Source: Lepidodermella squamata | Taxonomy: Eukaryota > Animalia > Gastrotricha | DNA length: 22,759 nt | Direction of reading: 5' to 3' | Assembly: GCA_047495785.1 (NCBI GenBank) | Contig: JBLDXI010000150.1 | Span: 1 to 22,759 of the forward strand | Part shown: in pieces, positions 17,225 to 22,759 of the stretch | Numbering within the stretch: the stretch's first letter is position 1 | Layout: the number at the start of each line of letters is the position of its first letter | The notes under the pieces: generated by a model | What the model saw: the letters and a program-made list of their open reading frames with translations, nothing else | Told to the model about the DNA's origin: nothing | Databases searched by the model: none | Made by a program: the position numbers and the translations under genes

Positions 17225-20200
17225 ATGAAGTCGATATTCATTTGTTTTTTAACTTGTTTCATCGCACCCATCACATGTTTCAAAAATGTTGGCAATGAAA
17301 GCGTAAATTTGTGTTCCATATTCACAATGCACAATGAAAGTCTTAATTCAGGCCTTCAACGAAGCCGTAGTCTCGGGACAACTGCCAACCGTTCGCCAAA
17401 TGGTCAACTCAGGTCTGGTTAACGCAAATTCAACTTCGAAATCCTCAGCGCTTGTCAGCGCAGTGCGGACTAACCAAAGCTACGAAATGGTTGAGTTTCT
17501 CCTACTAAAAGGGGCCTCCGTCGAAGCGAGGGATGGAAGTGCTCAAGTTAGGAGCGCATACCTCTGGGCTGCAAGAAACGGCCGGTTGGATCTGGTGAGA
17601 CTCCTTGTTGAACAGTACAATGCAGTGACTGATGTCCGAGACAGCCGAAACAACACAGCTTTGATGGCTGCTTTCGATGGCGAAGTAACCCCTGATTATT
17701 TAAGATTAGTCTACTACTTGTTGCCGTTTGAATCGCCGAATGACACGAATTCCAACGGTTTAACCGCTCTTCACCTTCTCAGCCGAGTGCAATCGACTGA
17801 TCCTGTCCCTATTGCGAAATTGCTGATCGAACAGTTCAAAATGGATGTCCATGCGAGGGATAACGAAGGCAACACGCCGTTACTCATCGCAGCTAAAACT
17901 GGCTATTCTCTAGCTTTACTCCAGTACCTCGTTGATCAAGGAGCTCATAAACAGGCGAAAAATAATGAAGGCAGTAACATGCTGCTTCAGGCTTGTCAGA
18001 TCGATAAGACTGAATTGGGTATCTTAACCTTCATAAAATTCGCCGTTGAAATAGGCGGAAATGATGCCAAATCAAAGACGACTAAATATGGAACCCCTTG
18101 TGACTATCACCTACAGTGGCGAGGTGGCATTCAGGTTGACGACACGGTTATCGTCGACATACTGAAATATTTGGTCAGTAAAGGCTATGCTATCAACGCC
18201 AAGTCCGGACCTTATGGTTATACGCCACTAATGTCAGCTGCTTCTTCAAGTAATAGAAGGCGGGTAGTACTGGCCTTACTAGACATGGGGGCTGATGTGA
18301 ATGCGACAAATTATCAAGGCGAAACAGCTTTGGATCTCTCTGTTCCAATCAGCAAGGTCGATTTGCAGAGAGCAGTTTCGGCCCAAGAGTTAGGAGCAAC
18401 CACTGCGAACTATCGTCATAATTCAACAACAGAAATGTCTTCGGCAATTACGGTGAAACTGCTTAATTTCACCGCAAGTACTAACCGATCGTTAACGCCC
18501 AACGATGATTTTGGCCTACAGCAGCTTGTCACTGAGATTATATCGGGGGCGAGATCAACTACAACTCCGAAGTTGACAACGACACAATATGTTAAAAGCA
18601 CTGTTCGGAATCAAAATCAGGATAGGCTCAACGCTGTGAGTTTTCTTTATTATGCTGGTAGAGATGTGATATCTGTTACCGTGACGTAGTGTAGTGAGTC
18701 AGTTTGAATTGCAAGGTGATAACTGATAACTCAATCATATGAGAAAGTTCACGATTTTAGAAAAGTGGGTAATATTGGGCTCTTACTTTCAATGAAATAA
18801 CGAATTTGTTTCTGAAATCAACCGATGAATCATCAATTAGCTCACCTAATTTTTGACCCCCAGCTTATTCCTAAATATGGCTGTAATATTTAGCGGTGTT
18901 CTCTTTCCAATATATCTACGTTTTTATACATCTGTTCTCTCTCATATTTTTTCAGAAATTTGTGAACTACGTTATAGATGGTAACATCTCTGCTGTACGT
19001 GAGATGATACGTCTCAATCAAGCGCGCGGTGATGCCGCTCTTATGGTTCCTGACGATTATTACGCTCTTTGTTTGGGGCGAATCGAACTAATACCTGTCC
19101 CAGCAGTTTCCGCTGCAATGTTCGTAGAAAATCCTTCTCTGGAAATGCTTCAAGTGCTACTCGAAAACGATGGCGATGCGAATGCGATTCATCCCTCGGC
19201 TAGAAAATCCGCCCTAATGCTCGCAGCTGAGATGGGTCGTGTTGATCTTGTCAAATTGCTCGTAAAATATGGAGCAGACGTTGACCTGGTATACAACGAC
19301 AGGGCGGCAATTACATACGCTGCTTCTAAAAGTCTAGAAATCGTTAAATTCCTAATGTCAAAGGGAGCTACGAATGAACTGTACTCTATGCTTTCAGAAG
19401 CTTGTCGAACCACTGAGACCCCAGCTCTACCTATGGTGAAATTCGCTGTTGAGGAAGCTGAAAATTCGGTCACTTCTGTATATTTGGATGGATTGCCCCC
19501 ATTTGCAATCGCGGTGATGCACTTGAAATCAGCGGATCGCTTCCAAGTTTTCGAATACTTGTTATCAAAAGGGGCTGATGGCCGAGTTAGGGTTAATTCG
19601 GGATGGCAACCGAATGGCACTCTCTTGCATCTAGCTGTTTACAGAAGCGATGACGAACTTGCAAGATTCCTGATTAGGAAAGCTAAAATTGGCCTCGAAG
19701 AACGCGACTCCTCTGGGCTAACTCCGCTTTTGTCCGCAGCTCGTCAATATAACCATGCAATGGTTGAATTACTACTGGACGAAGGCTCGAATTTGACGGC
19801 TGTCGACTACGAAGGCAATAATGCATTTTTACTGGCGTGTATGAGTGGACCTCTTGAGAGTTTCTCACTGGCCAAATGGCTTGTCGAGATTCATGGTATG
19901 AATGTAAATTCGCAGAACAAAGACAACAACACCTGCCTAACTATTGTTGCAAGCACCAATCGGGATTACGGTTTCGCAAAATTCCTCGTACAGAAGGGTT
20001 ATGATGTCAATCGAAAATATCAACGCGGAAATTCTCTATTGCACATGATAGAATCCGATTGGTACACAAGTAATATTGATGGGTTGATAGAGGCTGGTGC
20101 GGATATCAACGCGAGAAATGACGATGGCTTTACTCCACTAGATTTGGCACTGATTTCCAACTATCCGCCGGCAATTTACAGTCTGCGGAAGGCTGGAGCA

Positions 20201-20305
20201 GTGACAGCGAAACCGGCACTATTTCTTCTTACAACAAGCGCCCGCGTTACAGAGTCGGCAGATTTCATTGATTATTATAGATATTTTCAGAAACATTGTT
20301 TTTGA
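17225..20305 (+). CDS. Mirror copy of the signal-peptide ankyrin-repeat gene
   Basis: Exons 17225-17302, 17352-18635, 18956-20305; donors GTAAAT (17303) and GTGAGT (18636); acceptors TTAATTCAG (ends 17351) and TTTTTTCAG (ends 18955); AATAAA at 20459 and 20469. May not exist in vivo if the arm is an artefact. Confidence 0.68.
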
Positions 20306-21207
20306 AACTGTAGATTCATGTGAGAGTCTATTGGGATTATATGTTCTTAGCAGTTAGCAGTATACATTTTCGACCTTGGCGATTGGCGACGTCTGATGAA
20401 CAGTTTTTTCAAGGTTTCATTGCCCCATTTTCAATTAGGTATTTTGCTGCGCCTTGAGAATAAAGATAAATAAACGGCACCTGTTTGCTGCCCGTTACAC
20501 ATCTTTGATCGCAGAATTTATGAAGAGCGTCAGAATACTTGACGAAGGATAGAAAAAGAAACCGAATTCTCTTTTCTCTCCAAGAGTTCAAGAATGGATG
20601 AGAACACAAGATAGCAGCTAATGGCATTTTTATAGCCCTTGAACCGAAGATAGTGATTTAGGATTTAGAATTCAACCGCTCCGCAATTGTAACCTACACT
20701 AATATAGCGTTACTGTCATTTCTAAAAATATGCGCTAGTACTGCCGGTCCCTTACTTGGCAACTAACTATATCGCCTTCTACTTCACGATTTTCAGGAAG
20801 GGTGAGGGTAACAGAGTAACTGACCTCATGCTCGTACTCGCTGCATGGTAAAACACAGCATCGAACTGCAGACAAAATGCACTATAACTAAAAAAAACTA
20901 GCCATATAAGGGCTCTGTCGACCGAAATTATTTTCGGATAATTTATGCTCACAAGACAAAAATCTCAATATCTGATTACCCTCACACATGCTCTTCGCAG
21001 TTAAGAACCCACGTAAATTCGTGCTTGACACGCTAGATATTTACCACAGCCCACTCATTATTCATCCTTCATACTTTTTTTCGTCATAACACGGAACCGC
21101 GCGTTTTTTCTTCTAACGCGCTCGACCTGAACGTATTTATATAGCGGTTTTTTGTATTTATCACTGCCTTTGCAGAAAAAATAAGTCTAGAATATCGTTA
21201 CCGGAAA

Positions 21208-22662
21208 ATGCCCTATATAAATGTCCTACTCCTTTGCTGCTTCTTTGTGGTCGGAAGCTTGGCCTATTACGACTACACCGGCGAGAAGGTGTTCCATTTC
21301 GAACCGAAAACTCAGCAACAAGTCAGCTTTTTGGAGCAATTCGTTGATAAAGATGACTTTGACTTCTGGCTCGCCCCAAGTAGACCTGGTCGAGGGGTCG
21401 ATGTTCGAGTGAAAGCTGGTTCAGTTCAAGATTTCATTCGCCAAGCTAATCAAGCACGAATTCCCTTCAACATTACGATCAACGACCTGCAAGCACTGAT
21501 TGATAATGAAAAGCAGGAAAATGCAGATGAGCCCAGGCTTTTGAGGGCTTCCATAAAAGCCACTGATCTCAATTCACTGGTTGTGAAGAAATTCCCTACT
21601 TACAGCAATATTGTGGCTTGGCTAGATTCGATTTGCGAATCTTACAGAAATTCAACAAAATGCGGCAGTGTTGGTAAATCCTTCGAACAAAGAGATCTAC
21701 GATACATCCAGGTATGTAATGTCTCGAAGGAGAAATTAAAATTTATTAACCATATTTTCATTCTAGATAGGCAACTGGAGCCAACCCACGGTAATTATTG
21801 AAGGGGGCGCACATGCCAGGGAATGGTTGTCCCCAGCGACGATTATCTACATGATCAATAAGGTTTGAAATCAACCTAATTTTTCGACTTTAGATCTAAA
21901 TTGTCTTCAAAATTTAGTTGGTAACCAGCAATGAAAGATCCGTGAAAGAACTTCTCTCTAATTTCAACTGGATCATTTTACCCATGTTAAATCCCGACGG
22001 ATATACCTACAGCCAGACACGGGACAGAATGTGGCGAAAAAATCGATCGAAAGATTCAAGAACCCCGCTTTACGTTGGCGTTGATCTCAACCGCAATTTC
22101 GATTTCGACTTTGGCGGTAAATTGTTCATGATCTAAATTTCAAATTTTCTCATCGACGATTTTTGCAGGATCTGGAGCGAGTACCAACCCTTCTAGCGAG
22201 GTCTACCAGGGCAAGCGCGCATTTTCCGAGCCTGAAAGTCGTAGCTGGTCTAACTTTGTCCTAGCTAACAAAGCCAATTTACTGGCGTATTTTTCGATTC
22301 ATACGTACGCGGAAACTTGGTTCGTACCCTTTGGAGCTGGCCCTGAAGACCAACGTTACGGCCCTGACTACAACGAGATGTTGCGAGTCGCTAATATTGG
22401 AACGAAGGCCCTGTCCGCCGTTAACAACAGACCTTGGCAGTGCGGAAATACGATGGATATCTACGGCCCAGCGTCTGGCGGCTCTGACGATTGGACGAAA
22501 AAGGCGACTGGGGCGAAATACGTCTATACCTTGGAACTTCGAGCCGGTTCTAATGGAGGCTTCAGAGCCACTGAGTCCGATATTGAGCCAAGTGGGAAAG
22601 AAGTGTTTGCCGGGCTTGCCGCGGCTGTTAATGCTATGAATAGAACGCTATATCGAGCTTGA
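21208..22662 (+). CDS. Mirror copy of pro-carboxypeptidase CP3
   Basis: Exons 21208-21711, 21767-21862, 21918-22116, 22169-22662; mirror of 8424-9878. TATA-like TATTTATATAG at 21134-21144. May not exist in vivo if the arm is an artefact. Confidence 0.8.
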
Positions 22663-22759
22663 TTATTTTTTAATCATGACGCAGAACAAGTAAAATAATC
22701 GAGAATTTTCGAGATAAAAATTGGCAGCCATTTTTTACAGCGTTCCTTATCTCTCTAAG

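Larger units (their letters stand above)
15602..22759. repeat. Right arm of the giant inverted repeat, running to the window end
   Basis: Reverse complement of 8327-15484. I found only two 1-bp indels (near 22664 and 22692-22695); non-coding parts were spot-checked, not fully aligned. Confidence 0.98.

Noticed and set aside
18896-18955. Hydrophobic MFSFQYIYVFIHLFSLIFFQ as a signal peptide or TM helix of a separate ankyrin gene
   Set aside because: GTG start, and it is the translated polypyrimidine tract ending in TTTCAG. A nearby ATG at 18877 is out of frame with the ANK ORF.
8327-22759. Transposon (Foldback, Polinton or other TIR element) as the cause of the inverted repeat
   Set aside because: The arms consist of ordinary host genes; no transposase, integrase or internal subrepeats are visible.
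22749-22759. ATCTCTCT at the window end, or the loop itself, as a PacBio SMRTbell adapter remnant
   Set aside because: The end exactly mirrors genomic 8327-8337, and the loop is in-frame GPCR coding sequence.

Overview
Compact animal (probably invertebrate) genomic DNA with mostly 48-59 bp GT-AG introns. From left to right: a small secreted Ly6/three-finger-like gene (+); a tandem array of three M14A pro-carboxypeptidase genes (-; called CP1-CP3 here), the first carrying an entire intronless GABA-B-like class C GPCR (+) inside a 2.79-kb intron that splits the HARE zinc motif; a three-exon gene predicted to encode a ~903-aa signal-peptide-bearing ankyrin-repeat protein (-); and the C-terminal part of a second class C GPCR (-). 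Everything from 8327 to the window end is one near-perfect palindrome (arms 8327-15484 and 15602-22759, x+y=31086, 117-bp loop). Its junction cuts the second GPCR mid-ORF at a small imperfect hairpin. That is a fold-back signature, so the right arm may be an amplification or assembly chimera rather than a real duplication. The best candidates for new biology are the intron almost entirely filled by a GPCR gene, the extracellular double-array ankyrin protein, and the divergence of substrate pocket and disulfides among the three carboxypeptidases. All gene models were spliced by eye and no database searches were run.
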